Shown here: positions 51,770 to 64,000 of the stretch, one piece after another | Layout: each line of letters opens with the position of its first letter | Position numbering within the stretch: position 1 is the stretch's first letter | Source of the DNA: the human T2T-CHM13v2.0 reference genome, Homo sapiens | Strand: one strand, 5' to 3' | DNA: 64,000 bases | Assembly (NCBI RefSeq): GCF_009914755.1 | Contig: NC_060932.1 | Program-made: the position numbers and the translations under genes | The notes under the pieces: model-generated | The model's input: the letters and a program-made list of their open reading frames with translations, nothing else | What the model was told of the DNA's origin: nothing | The model's database searches: none

Positions 51770-52844
51770 GAGTATGGGGAAGCGTATCAGTTTTCAGAGG
51801 CAATGTGTCTCCACCAAGGGGACATTCAGTATTCAGTCACATACAAAGATTGCAATTCGGCTTTCAAGGGCTTGGGGAAAGAGCTCTGTTGTTTGTGAAG
51901 ATTACAATGCCTAGTGACTTAATTTTAGGCTTTGCTGTTTTGCAGTAATTTTAAAAAGTTGCTAAAGATGTTGCCAGAAAAGTAAGGGGTGTAAAATTCA
52001 TTTAATTCACTTAAGAACTTTATGCTTAAAATTTTTTAAACAGTAGCTTCTACAATGGCTCCTGAAAGTACTTTCTGGAATGAAACCAGATATTTTAATT
52101 CACTTGTAAATGTAATTTCAGGTTCATCCTACTAGTATGCCAGATAATAATGAATCTTATACTTGGAGAATATTTAAGCTCAGTACAGAGCAAAGTGTTT
52201 TTAAAGCAAATATTCATTGCTTTCTCCAACTGCCATATTTATCTATTGTATTTTTAATACTTTTTTTAATTTGGAGAAAATTAGAGATCGGCATGCATTT
52301 GTAAGAAATAATACAGAGAGATCATTGTATGCTTTACCCAGTTTCCCCAAAGGTAACGTCTTGCAAAACTTGAGGACAATAATCCAACACAAGGGTCCCT
52401 CATGTTATTCCTTGATAGCCACACTCAATTCCCTCCATTCTTACCCCCAGTTTGAACCATGGCAATAACAAATCTGTTCTCTTTGCAAGAATGTTGTATC
52501 AATGGAATCATGTAGCACATAACCTTTTGGAATTGGCTGTTTTTATTTTTTTCATTGAGCATGGTTATCTGGACATCCCACCAGGATGTTGCATGGATCG
52601 GCAGTTTGCTCTATTATTGCCAAGTAGTGCACCATGGTATAGATGTACCCATCAGTTTTTTGTCATTTACCTGTTCAAAGACACAAGGGTAGTTTCCAGT
52701 TTTTTACTATTATGAATAAAGCTGTCATAAACATTTATGTATATTAGTATGAACATAAATTTTTATTTCTCTGGGACACCTTCCTAAGAGTGCTATGGCT
52801 AGGTTAAATGGAAGTTGCAGGTTTAGTTTTATAAGAAATTGCCA

Positions 52845-53140
52845 GGCCAGTTGAGGTGGCTCACGCCTGCAATCCCCAGCACTTTGGGAGACCAAGGAGG
52901 GTGGATCACTTGAGGTCAGGAGTTTGAGACCAGGCTGCCCAATGTGGTGAAACTCCATCTCTACAAAATACAAAAATTAGCTGGTCGTGGTGGTGGGTTC
53001 CTGTAATCCTAGCTACTTGGGAGGCTGAGGCAGTAGAACTGCTTGAACCCAGGAGGCAGAGGTTGCAGTGAGCCGAGATAGTGCCATTGCCTTCCAGCCT
53101 GGGAGGCAGAGTGAGATTCTGTCTCAAAAAAAAAAAAAGA
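52845..53140 (+). mobile_element. AluSx-like, with tail expanded into a purine tract
   Basis: Full Alu; TSD AAGAAA(T/C)TGCCA at 52833 and 53477 brackets both the Alu and the tract. Confidence 0.95.
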
Positions 53141-53202
53141 AAAGAAAGAAAGAAGGAAGGAAGGAAGGAAGGAAGGAAGGAGAGAGAAAGGAAGAAAGAA
53201 AG

Positions 53203-53256
<54 letters not shown>

Positions 53257-53482
53257 GAAGGAAAAGAAAAGAAAAGAAAGAAAGAAAGAAAGAAAGAAAG
53301 AGAAAGAAAGAAAGAAAGAGAGAGAAAGAGAAAGAAAGAAAGAGAAAAAGAAAGAAAGAAAGAGAGAAAGAAAGAGAAAGAGAGGGAGGGGGAGAGAGAG
53401 AGAGAAAGAAAGGAAAGAAAGAAAGGAAGGAAGGAAGGAAGAGAAAGAAAGAAGGAAAGAAAGAAAGAAAGAAAGAAAGAAA
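53126..53482. repeat. 357-bp pure-purine compound microsatellite (GAAA)n/(GGAA)n/(GA)n
   Basis: No pyrimidine on + between 53126 and 53482. Confidence 0.97.
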
Positions 53483-53705
53483 CTGCCAAATTATTGTCCA
53501 GAATAGCTGTGCCATTTTTTATTCCCGCTTATAATGTATGACTGGTTAAATTTTTTGCATCCTCACTGGTATTTGGCATTGTCATTGTTTTTTAATTTTA
53601 GTCATTTTGGTAAGTGTTTAGTGATACCTCATTGTGGTTTTAATTCATTTTCCTAGTGACCAATAATATTGAATTTTTGTGTGTGATGTTAATTCTTTAA
53701 TTTAA

Positions 53706-54208
<503 letters not shown>

Positions 54209-56627
54209 AATATTGAACATTTTAAAAATGTACTTATTTGTCATCTGTATATCCTCCTTGGTGAAAATTCTCTTCATGTTTTTGCCCAAGTACTAATGGT
54301 AATGTCTATTTTATTTTTTTACCATTGAGTAAGAAAATTTATATATTCTAGATACTATTCCTTTGTAAAATATGTGGTTTTAAATATTTTTTCCCAGACT
54401 GTGGGAAAAACAGACTTTGTCTCTTTAATGGGGTCTTTTGCAGAGCAAAAGTTTTTAATTTTTATGTCACCTAATTTGTTAATATCCTTTATGAATTATG
54501 CTTTTGGTGTCAAATCTAAGAACTTTGCTCTAGATCTCAAAGATTTTCTCCCATTTTTTTCCTAAAAGTTTAATCATTTCATGTTTTACTGGGATCCATT
54601 GTAAATTAACTTGTATATAAAATGTGAGATTTAGGTTAAGGTTCCTGCTTTTGCCTATAGGTGTCTGATTGTTCCAAGCACTATTTATTGAAAATGCTAT
54701 TTTTCCTCTGTTGGATTTCTTTTATATCTTTGTCAAAAATCAGTTGGTGATATATGTGTGGGTCCATTTCTAGATTCCATATTCTTTTCCATTATCTCTG
54801 TGTCTACTCTTGGCCGATACCACCCAGTCTTGATTACTATAGATGTATAATAAGTCTTGAAATTGTGTGGACTGATTCTTCTCATGTTATTCTTCATCGA
54901 AACTGTTTTGGCTATTCTAGTTCCTTTGCCTGTCCTTATAAATTTTAGAACAATCTTGTCTATGTCTACAAACAATCTTGCTGGAACTTTTACAGAAATT
55001 TTGTTAAAACTGTATGTCAATCTGGAAATAACTGCCATCTTTACTATGCTGACTCTCCCAATCCACCAATGTGGTATATCTTTCAGTTTATTTAGATCTT
55101 TGATTTCTTTCACCAGCATCTTGTAGTTTTCAGCATATAGTTTTGTACATTGTATTAGGTTTACACATAACTATTTCATTGATTTGAGTGACTGTAAGAG
55201 GTAATAATGTTAGTCTCAGCTCCCTGGTGTTCATTACATGTATGTAGAAATACAACTGAGTTTTTTATGTTATCATACATCTTGCAATTTTGCTGAATTG
55301 GCTTACTAGTTCTAGGAGGGTTGTTGTTATTTGTAGATTCTTTGGGATTTTCTATGTAGACAATCATGTCATCTGCAAATAGGGACAAAGTTTTTTGTAG
55401 ATACTCCTTATCAAGCTGAGGAAGTACTTCTTTATTCTTACTTTTCTGAGGTATTTTTTAAAATCATAAATGAATGTAGAATTTTGTCAAATGCTTTTTA
55501 TGAATAATTTGATATGATCATGTGATTCTTCCTTCATGGCCTATTAAGGTGGATTACATTGATTTTCAAATATTGAAACAAACTTGCATCTCTGACATAA
55601 ACCCCATTTGTTATGGTATATAATTTTTATATGTATTGCTTAATTCTATTTGTGAATATTTTGTTAAAGATTCTTTAGTCTATATTCATGAGGGATGTTG
55701 GCCTATAGTTTTTCCTTTTGTGCTGTGTCTGTCTAGTTTTGACATTAGGGTAATACTAGCTTTATAAAATGAACTGGGAAGGGTTCTCTTCTATATTTTG
55801 GAAGAGTGTATAGAGTTTATGTTAATTATTCAAACCAAGCCAATAAAACCATTTAGACCTGGAGATTTTTGCGGGGAGAGTCTTTAAATTATGAATTCAA
55901 TTTTTCTTAAAGTTATAGGGGTATTCAAGTTATCTATTTCATATGGGTGAGTTATAGTGGTTTGTGTTTTTTTAAGTAGTTTGTTTCATCTTAGTTGTCA
56001 GATTTATATGTACAGAATTGTTCATACCATTCTCTTTTATGGATTTGATGTCTGTGGGGTCTGTAGTCATGTCACCTGTTTCATTCTGGATACTGGTAAT
56101 GTGTGTTCTCTCTTTTTTTACCCAAACTTGATAAAGATTGGCCAATTTTATTAATCTTTTCAAAAAACAAGCAATTGGTTGCTCTATTTTACTGTTTTTT
56201 AATTTCATTGATTTCTGCTCTAATATTTATTATTTCCTTCCTTCTACTTGCTTTGAATTCATTTACCTCTTTCTTTCTAGGTTCTAGAGGTAGGGGCATG
56301 AATTGTTAATTTGAGACTCTTCTTTTCTAATGTGAGTGTTTAGTTCTACTAATTTTCCTCTCAGTACTGTGTTAACTATGTGTCATAAATTTGGAAATAT
56401 TGTATTTTCATTTTCATTCAGTTTTGTATATATTTTTTAATTTCTTTTGAAACTTCCTCTTTGGTCCATGGGTTACTTAGCAGTGTGTTGTTTGGTGTCC
56501 ATGTGTTTGGAGGTTTCCCTGTCTTTCTGTTATAGGGTTCTAGCTGATTCTATTACATTCAGAGGACATACTCATTAGTGTTGCCAACTGCCATTTTTTC
56601 CATTGTATTTTAAAATCCATATAGTTT

Positions 56628-56924
56628 GGCCAGGTGCGGTGGCTCACACCTCTAATCCCAGCATTGTAGGAAGCCAAAGCAGGCAGATCACCTGAGGTCA
56701 GGAGTTTGAGACCAGCCTGCTCAACATGGTGAAACACCATCTCTACTAAAAATACAAAAATTAGCTGGGAGTGATGGTGGGTGCCTGTAATTCCAGCTAC
56801 TTGGGAGGCTGAGGCAGGAGAATCACTTGAACCCAAGAGGCAAAGGTTGCAGTGAGCCGAGATTGCAGCTCCAGCCTGGGTGACAAGAGTGAAACTCCAT
56901 CTCAAAAAATAAAATAAAGTAAAA
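56628..56924 (+). mobile_element. AluSq/Sp-like
   Basis: Perfect 17-bp TSD TAAAATCCATATAGTTT; GACAAGAGTGAAACTCC diagnostic; small deletion in the right arm. Confidence 0.96.
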
Positions 56925-59547
56925 TAAAATCCATATAGTTTAATATAAGCTCTTTTATAAGAAGAAGGAACAAGTGCGAAATTATAAATGTTCAGTTGTA
57001 ATCATTTAAAAAATATTTCTTATAAAATTAGTGTAAGAAGTTCTTTTTTGAACATGATTAGCTACATTATGGGGAAATAATTCTAAATGACATCACATAC
57101 ATTTTATCATTTATATCTGCTTAAGTTTTGAGAAACACTTTATATATTATTAAAATAAATGCTTTTTATGATTTGATTTTAGTAAAATCATGATGTAATT
57201 TTAGTAAAATTGCAGATATTCTATCAGGAAGAAACTGTAAAAGCTTTACCCATTTTTAAGGAAAATATTCTATTCTAAGCCATTTTCCTAAAGAAAATGT
57301 TTATACACTAATTTTGTTTCTTTGCATAGATGGGTACTTATAGGATTCAAAGATAAATTTGAGCTTACAATATTGATTTGACTCATTCTGTCATAATTAA
57401 TTTGATATAGTGAATCTAGACTCATAGTTAGGAAATAAAATACTTAGAAAAAATAACCATCCAGTCTTGATTTATTTATATCTGCATTTAAGCTGTTTAT
57501 TCCAGTTACCATCAAAGTAACTTTTCAAATAGGTCATTAACATCTACGTTTTGATATCTTGAAACATTAACCCATTGAAATACTTCACGCCCAAGACACT
57601 GGAAAATGGGAATATAAACATTTGGATCCACTGGAATATTTTCAAAGCCTTCTATCAACTTACCTTGCTACATCTTCAACTTTGTTTCTTATTATCCACC
57701 ATTATGATTTTACAATTCTGATAATTGTCTCCTACCTCACGATTTGTTCATTTCTGTTAGTTTGCTTCTCATTCTTAGAATTCCCTCCCAAGCCCTCTCT
57801 ATCATCCTCATAAAGACTTAATTTAAATTTTATCTTCTCTAAGAAGCTCTTGAACAGGGACAGGTATTCTTTACAAGGCCACTTGATTGGGTAAATATAC
57901 ACCAACTACTCCCATCTTGATCAAGTGTGTTTTCCTTCATGACATTATCACTTCTCAAGGTATCCGTGTTCCTACCACCTTTTCAGCACACACGCTAATC
58001 TCCTCCACCTTACCTCAGTAGTGATGGTGTCTTCCCTGGGCTAAAGGGATGTAGTCGAGGTGGGAGACACTGAGAAAAGCCTTGGTGCACAGGTTATCAT
58101 ATCTCCAACTGGAACGTTAATAGACAACATCTCGTGATTGGCAATCCTCAATGGATGGCATCAAGAGGGGCAATTAACTGCTGACTCTTTGTTCACACAA
58201 CATCCTGATATGCTTTATTCTTGCTTCCTTACTCCCTCACTGTCTCCAGACCTGTTCCATCTTTTTATGCAGTATCTTAAGATTTGGCAAATTTATTTGT
58301 CTAATATTCCTTTAGCATACTTCTATCAGTTAGACACCTGCTTTGGTTACTTAATAGGTGAGTGTTTGCAGCCTTTGTTTCTGGCTGTGCAATCGATGAC
58401 TCAAGTCTGTCTTAATACCATGGGGGAAAGACGAAGACCTCAGGATATGAGTAGGGAAATTCATGCAAAACCTGTTGAAAATATTACCCAATGAATCCAG
58501 TGTCCCTTTGCACATTAAGTTGTCAATACAAAAGTATTGAACTCATATATTTCTCTCATTTTCTTTCTCCTTATTGTTCTTTCTCCATGCCAAATCAACA
58601 AGACCAGTTGAGATAATTCATGATAAAAATAATCTACAAAAATACGCATTTTATTATCATTATTCACATATTAATACTGCTAACACTCAGTGTAAGACAC
58701 GAGGCTAGCTGTAAAGGGAAGGAATCGAGAGGTGATTCTGCCACGAGTTCTCTTCCTCCATTGCTTTCAAGCTCCACATAGGAGGGAAGAGGAGATGAAA
58801 ATAAATTTCTGTGACAGAAGGTAGTAATGAATGACATGAGAAAGACGGAAAAGTATTATGAGAAGGCACAGAAAAAGGGGATCATTTCCAGCTGAGGACA
58901 TCAGAGAATATTTCTTCTAGGAGATAGATTCTGATGCTTGTACTTTAGTATTATTAATAAGACTGAGACATTTAGAGATAGGGAAGAGGTATTCCACAGT
59001 GAAGAAAGATTGAATTGTTCTTTTGATACATAGTAACTGGGCACTTACTATGTGCTGGTAGCAGGGACAAAGAAATAACAACAATATGTTAAATGATTAT
59101 TGCATGAAACTGTAAATAATTCAATTTAGCTAGAACAATGGTTTGAACAAAGGCATGGTGGGAAATATGGAATAAAAGTTGTATGTGTGTAAAATAAGAT
59201 TATTGAGATAAGAATAAGGCACTTACTGATCTGACCCTTTGCAGGGTGTGTTTCCTTGGCACTTACTGAATTTCAAGCTTCTTTTTGGCTAGGACTGTGT
59301 CTCCTAAGCGTATTTTTCAAAAAGGATAATAAAATTGCTCAATAGAGCATAAATACTAATTATCTGTCTACTCTTGACGAGCTTATAAATGGGGGGTAGA
59401 TTTACTGACCACATGTATTCACTTTATGTTTGAGTGTTTTAGTTAATGTTTTATTCCATTTTTATTATTTTGTACTCCACAAATCTATTAATACTGATTG
59501 AATAGCATAAAATGAAGATAGTATTTCATAGACTAACAGTTCACCTG

Positions 59548-60015
59548 TTGTAGCAGAGAAATTCAAAATAATGATGACATAGATAAACAGAAGTTTATTT
59601 TTCTCATGCAGAAGTTGGGATCAATGGTCTAAAGCTGGTATGGGGCTGGGCTGTCCTCAGGGGTCCAGGTTCCTTACATTTTGTTGCTCTAACATCCTGG
59701 TCACACCTCCACCATGTGATGTTGAAGGTGACTGCTCTGTCCAACAGCAACATACCAGGAATCCAGCATGAGGGGAAGGAGGGAGAGGTGGGGGCATATT
59801 CTTTCCTTTTAAGGAAATGCTGTTGCACGTATCACTTCCATTTTCATTCCCTGGTTTAGAAGTTAGTCACACAGCCACCCTCAGCTACTGCTAGTGAGGC
59901 TGCAAAATGGAGTCTTTGACTGAACGTCCATATGGCCAGCTAAAATGTGGCATCCCACTATTAAAAGAAAAGGGTAGACTGGAGATTGGGCAGGAGCTAA
60001 TGGTTTCCTTCATAA
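59548..60015 (-). mobile_element. Old MaLR LTR (MLT1J/K-like)
   Basis: GAAGTTTATTTTTCTCATG...GGGTCCAGGTTCCTT...TTAGTCACACAGCCAC...GAGGCTGCAAAATGGAGTCTTT. Confidence 0.65.
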
Positions 60016-60489
60016 TTACCTGTTAAGATTCTGAACAAGTAATTTAATTAATTACCTTTTCAAAAGCCTTTTGCACCTTTTTCCATCCTCCAATTTGCCA
60101 ATACTATTTTTTTTCTTATGGAGAAAACAAATACAGATACCACACAGAAACCAAGCTTTGCAATCCAATTCCAGTGCAAATTTAGAGAATTAATGAACAA
60201 CAAGGAACCAATTATGCATAAGTAAAAAGGTCATAGTTGAGCTCCTGTTGAGATTAGAAGATGGAAGTAACAGTTTTAGATGGAAAGAAACTGCCCAAGA
60301 CTATGCAGGACCAGAGGAGACCCTAAGATTGGAGAAGTCAAGCAGGACTGCTGAGATAAAGTTGGCAATTTTCATACTCACCACAACTGTTGTTTTGTAC
60401 CAAAACATGTATGTGTTTATGAATGTAGGTAGATGTTCAAAAGAAATAACAAAATTGTATATTATACAAGAAAGAATAAGGGCCATCAG

Positions 60490-60830
60490 TTAATACATTT
60501 GGGTTCTTATTTCTATTTTTAATATTTAGTTGTGTGACCCTGAACAAAATGCTTAACGATTGAGGGTCTCTATTTCTTCATCCATAAAATAGAGATGTTG
60601 ACTTAGATTTATAAGCAATAGAAAACACATTTCAAAAGCCTATTCTGTGCTAGACTACATTCCAGACATGTAAGTAAATGCTTCAAGGAGCTCACAGTGT
60701 CTTGGGCTGGAGGATTGGTGTCTACTCATAAACAGACAATTCCAACATGCTGATCAACACAGCATCAGGAAATGATACCCAAGAGCTTGGGGAGCACATT
60801 TAAAAGAGGCTTCAGACTAGAAACGTGAGA
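60490..60830. mobile_element. MIR (+) followed by L2 (-) fragments
   Basis: TAGTTGTGTGACCCTGAACAAAATGCTTAAC...TTTCTTCATCCATAAAAT; then GCTTCAAGGAGCTCACAG. Confidence 0.55.
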
Positions 60831-61789
60831 TTTGATGAATGAGTAATACTGGATTAAAATTTCATTAGCTCAAGGTCCAATACGAGGTTAAATTTGGCGA
60901 TCAAATTAGAAAGTGCATAAAATGTTCAGTTAAGGCAAGATGGGTTAGAATGGAGCTGTTTCTGCATAAAATATTTGTTAAAAATCAATATATACCAGGT
61001 ACTCAATGGAGGTTGAAACAGGCAAGATTCCTGCCTTTGAAAACCTACAACATATAATCTAGAATTTAGGATTTTTGAGATTTGGCACAGGGTGGCATAT
61101 AATCTGGCCATGACCTACTGAGATAAAAAAGCTCATCCTTACAGGGGAAAGGTTACAGTTTCTGCTTTATTGGGAAAGTTATACAAATAAAGAAAAGAGA
61201 CTGGGAATGTTGTCATAACTTTTTAACACATAAGTTTTTAAAAAATATTTCTCTAATGAAGACATATGACTACTTAGGTACATAGATAATCAAGTAGTTC
61301 AAGATACGCCCAAAGGGGGCTCTCTCTAAAGGTACTTTACTCCCAGATCCTATCAACTGAAGCTTTGGGGAAGATGGACCTATTGGCTTTCTTTTCTTTA
61401 TATATTCATTGTTAAAGCACCTAAAATTTATTTGCAATCTTATTAACCAACTTACACATATTTACTATAGTAAATTAGAAGAAAACAAGCAATAAGAACA
61501 AGGAAAATGAAATCATGTAAAGTTCCATCAGCAATTTCATCATCCAATTATAATATTACTTTGTATATACTCAGAATTTTTCTAAACATTGCATATGATT
61601 AGTTACATTTACAGTCGATTTTTCTGGCCTTTACCCAGCAAGTTTTTAAATAAAATATTTTATACTGGAAGAATTTCTACAACACCTTTTAATTTTAGCT
61701 CTTACGTACCAAAAATAATGATGACAGAATCTCTCACATTTGCTCAACAGTTACAAAACTGGAAATCAAAGAATCCTAGAACTTCCTTT

Positions 61790-62800
61790 TTAACTTTCTT
61801 TTGTAAAATAATGTAAAAACTTACAGAAAAATTCCAGGAATAACACACAGATCACCTATAACCTTTACTCAAAATTCAGCAAATTGAATACATTGCCTGT
61901 GTTAGTCCGTTTGCATTGCTATAAAGGAATATCTGAGACTGGATAATTATAAAGAAAAGAATTTTATCTGGCTTACAGCTCTGCAGGCTCTACAAGCATG
62001 GCACCAGCATTACTTCTGATGAGGACCTCAGGAAGCTTCCAGTCATGGCAGAAGGCAAAAAGGAGGCGGCATATCACATGGAGAAAGAAGGAGCAAGAGA
62101 AGGAGAGGAGGGGGAGGTCCTAGATCTCCTGTGAACTCATTACTGGAGGGAGGGCAGCAAGCCATTAATGTGGGATCGGCCCCCATGATTCAGCACTTCC
62201 CACCAGGCCCCATCTCCAACATTAGGGATCACATTTCAACATGATATTTGGAGGGGACAAACGTCCAACCTATATCATTGCCACATTTGCTCTACCATTT
62301 TCTCTTCTGTCTGTCCCTCTGTGTGCATGCACACACATGTATATGTATGTACATATATAAACATATATATGTCATGCAAATATAAACACATATATGTGTG
62401 TAAAATTTTTTCTGAGCTATTCGAGAATAGGTTGAATACACCATGCCCATTTACCCTTTAATAATTCAGTGTGTATTTCTAAGGAACAAGGTTATTCTCT
62501 ATTGGAACAGTCGTGTAGTTATCAAACTCAGGGCATTCGCACTGACACAAGACCTTTATCTGATTTACAGTCCACATTCTATGTTGTCAATTGTCTGGCC
62601 CTTCCTTACAACATCTTTTGCCTTTCAAACAGGGTCCAGCCCAGGACCATGTGTTGCATTTCATCTTCATGTCTCTTTCGTTTTCGTCAGTCTGGAATAG
62701 GTTTATTTCTCTTTCATTACATTGACATTTTGGAGAACACCAGCCAGTCGTTTTATAGAGTGACTCTCAAGATGGATTTGTCTGGCCCTGCTAATTTTAA
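61790..62800 (-). mobile_element. Old L1 (L1MC4/5-like) 3' fragment split by an MST LTR
   Basis: AACTTACAGAAAAATTCCAGGAAT...TTGCCACATTTGCT...TTCAGTGTGTATTTCTAAGGAACAAGG...CATTGACATTTTGGAGA. Confidence 0.7.
61898..62277 (-). mobile_element. MSTB/MSTA-like MaLR solo LTR
   Basis: TGTGTTAGTCCGTTTGCATTGCTATAAAGGAAT...CCAACCTATATCA with exact 5-bp TSD TTGCC. Confidence 0.92.
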
Positions 62801-62939
62801 TAAGTAGGTGATAATAAGCACCCTCCAGGACAAAGTGGAGATATTTCTGGCAGCCTGAGGAGCACAAGGCTGAGAGAACAAGAGGGAGCTTGTCACAGAT
62901 GAGGAAATGAACAAGGCTCCGTGTGACCTCCTCACCACT

Positions 62940-64000
62940 TGTGGAATTGAAGGGCTGAGGGAGAAGCCAACAGTGAGACCAGGCAGGCCAGCCAGGGTCA
63001 GGTGCTGAAGGGTTTAGACCGTGAACTTGATTCTGAAAGCATTGGGGATCACTGGGGAATTTCAGTCAAGGACATAATAATGTTTGTTTCTGAGAAAGAC
63101 AATGTCTTAAAGATAATTTAGTGACGATCTGAGAGCACAGCAGAGTGAGTAAGAATTCTGTTAAAATTATTGTGATGTGGACTGCAGGAAGACTTGGGGT
63201 GAAAAGATGCAACATATTGGGATAAATGTTGTAGAAAATAGAACGACTTGGTGACTTGGTATACAGAGTGAAGAACAGGAAGGGCCAGGGTGACAGCTGG
63301 AATTCTGTTGTGTGCGCTGAATGTCAGGTGCCTGATCCTCTAAGGCTGGAGGTGGGATATAGGGAAAGCAGCTCTGAGTCAGAAGAGGCTGAACACTGTT
63401 TTGGACATGGTACATTCGAGGTCTCTGTGGGACATCCAAGGGTTGCTGTGTTCCAGGACCTGAGGAGGGAGATTTGTACCGGAGATACAGATTTAGATGT
63501 CACCAACTCACACTCACTGAAACCATGGGCTGGAGGAGTTCCCCAGGAGAGGGAGGCCTTCTGGGAGGGGAGGGAGCATGACTAAGGACACAAGACTGTC
63601 TGGAGGTGTCAAAGCCCCCGCTGTAGGTGGAGAACCACGAATTCATGGATACCAAGAGCTGATAGGACAACTCTTCCAGCAGCACATTATTGTTCAGGCA
63701 TGTGAAAGGTGAAGCAGGTGGTTCAGTCGAACCAGGGGTGCAGGAAAGGCATTGACATTATTGATAAGGGAGTCACTGAAATGATGGATGACAGACTCTA
63801 TGCTGTGTGTTGAAGGAGGGAAAGATAGATGAGCCTGAAAGATGAGTGTTGGGACCTGGAAGTCTCCATGGGTTAAATGACAGATGTAGGAGCTGAATCT
63901 GAGTGAAAATGAAGGCATTATAAACAGCAGGTGGAAATCAGAAATGGGAATGTTTGCGGCTTCAGAATTTCTTAAGTTTATTTCTGGGTGATGACTAGTT
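62940..64000 (-). mobile_element. L2 fragments
   Basis: TGTTTTGGACATGGTACATTCGAGGTCTCTGTGGGACATCCAAG...GGAGATACAGATTTAGATGTCACCA...TGAAACCATGGG: antisense L2 interior. Confidence 0.7.

Noticed and set aside
53009-53541. Long K/E/R-rich and F/L/S-rich ORFs
   Set aside because: Artefacts of the stop-free purine microsatellite and the adjacent Alu.
54733-56208. Reverse-transcriptase-like ORFs (FADD motif) as an active or novel retroelement
   Set aside because: Fragmented ORF2 of an old L1M element, with stops, frameshifts and deletions.

Overview
This is primate (most likely human) nuclear DNA, not prokaryotic or viral. A large fraction is interspersed repeats: AluJ/AluS SINEs, MIR, L2, old L1 fragments, MaLR and ERV1 solo LTRs, and Tigger/hAT DNA transposons. 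Several insertions are nested and still show target-site duplications (TSDs). No ORF in the six-frame track is a credible intact gene; the only recognisable protein fragments are decayed L1 ORF2 pieces. The best non-repeat signal is a candidate 15-nt, frame-preserving microexon on the + strand (27069-27083). It has a ~70-nt AG-free acceptor zone, a UGC at -15 and a perfect GTAAGT donor. All five L1 fragments and 11 of 13 oriented LTRs lie on the - strand, which independently suggests the window is inside a very large + strand transcription unit. I cannot name that gene. Other candidates are a FOX/GATA/ONECUT-rich enhancer near 6.1 kb, an octamer-bearing LTR9, a CTCF-like motif at an LTR8 junction, and an unexplained diverged ~250-bp direct-repeat pair. 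Repeat subfamily names come from recalled consensus features and MIR/L2 boundaries are approximate. I found no evidence of a novel multi-gene system.
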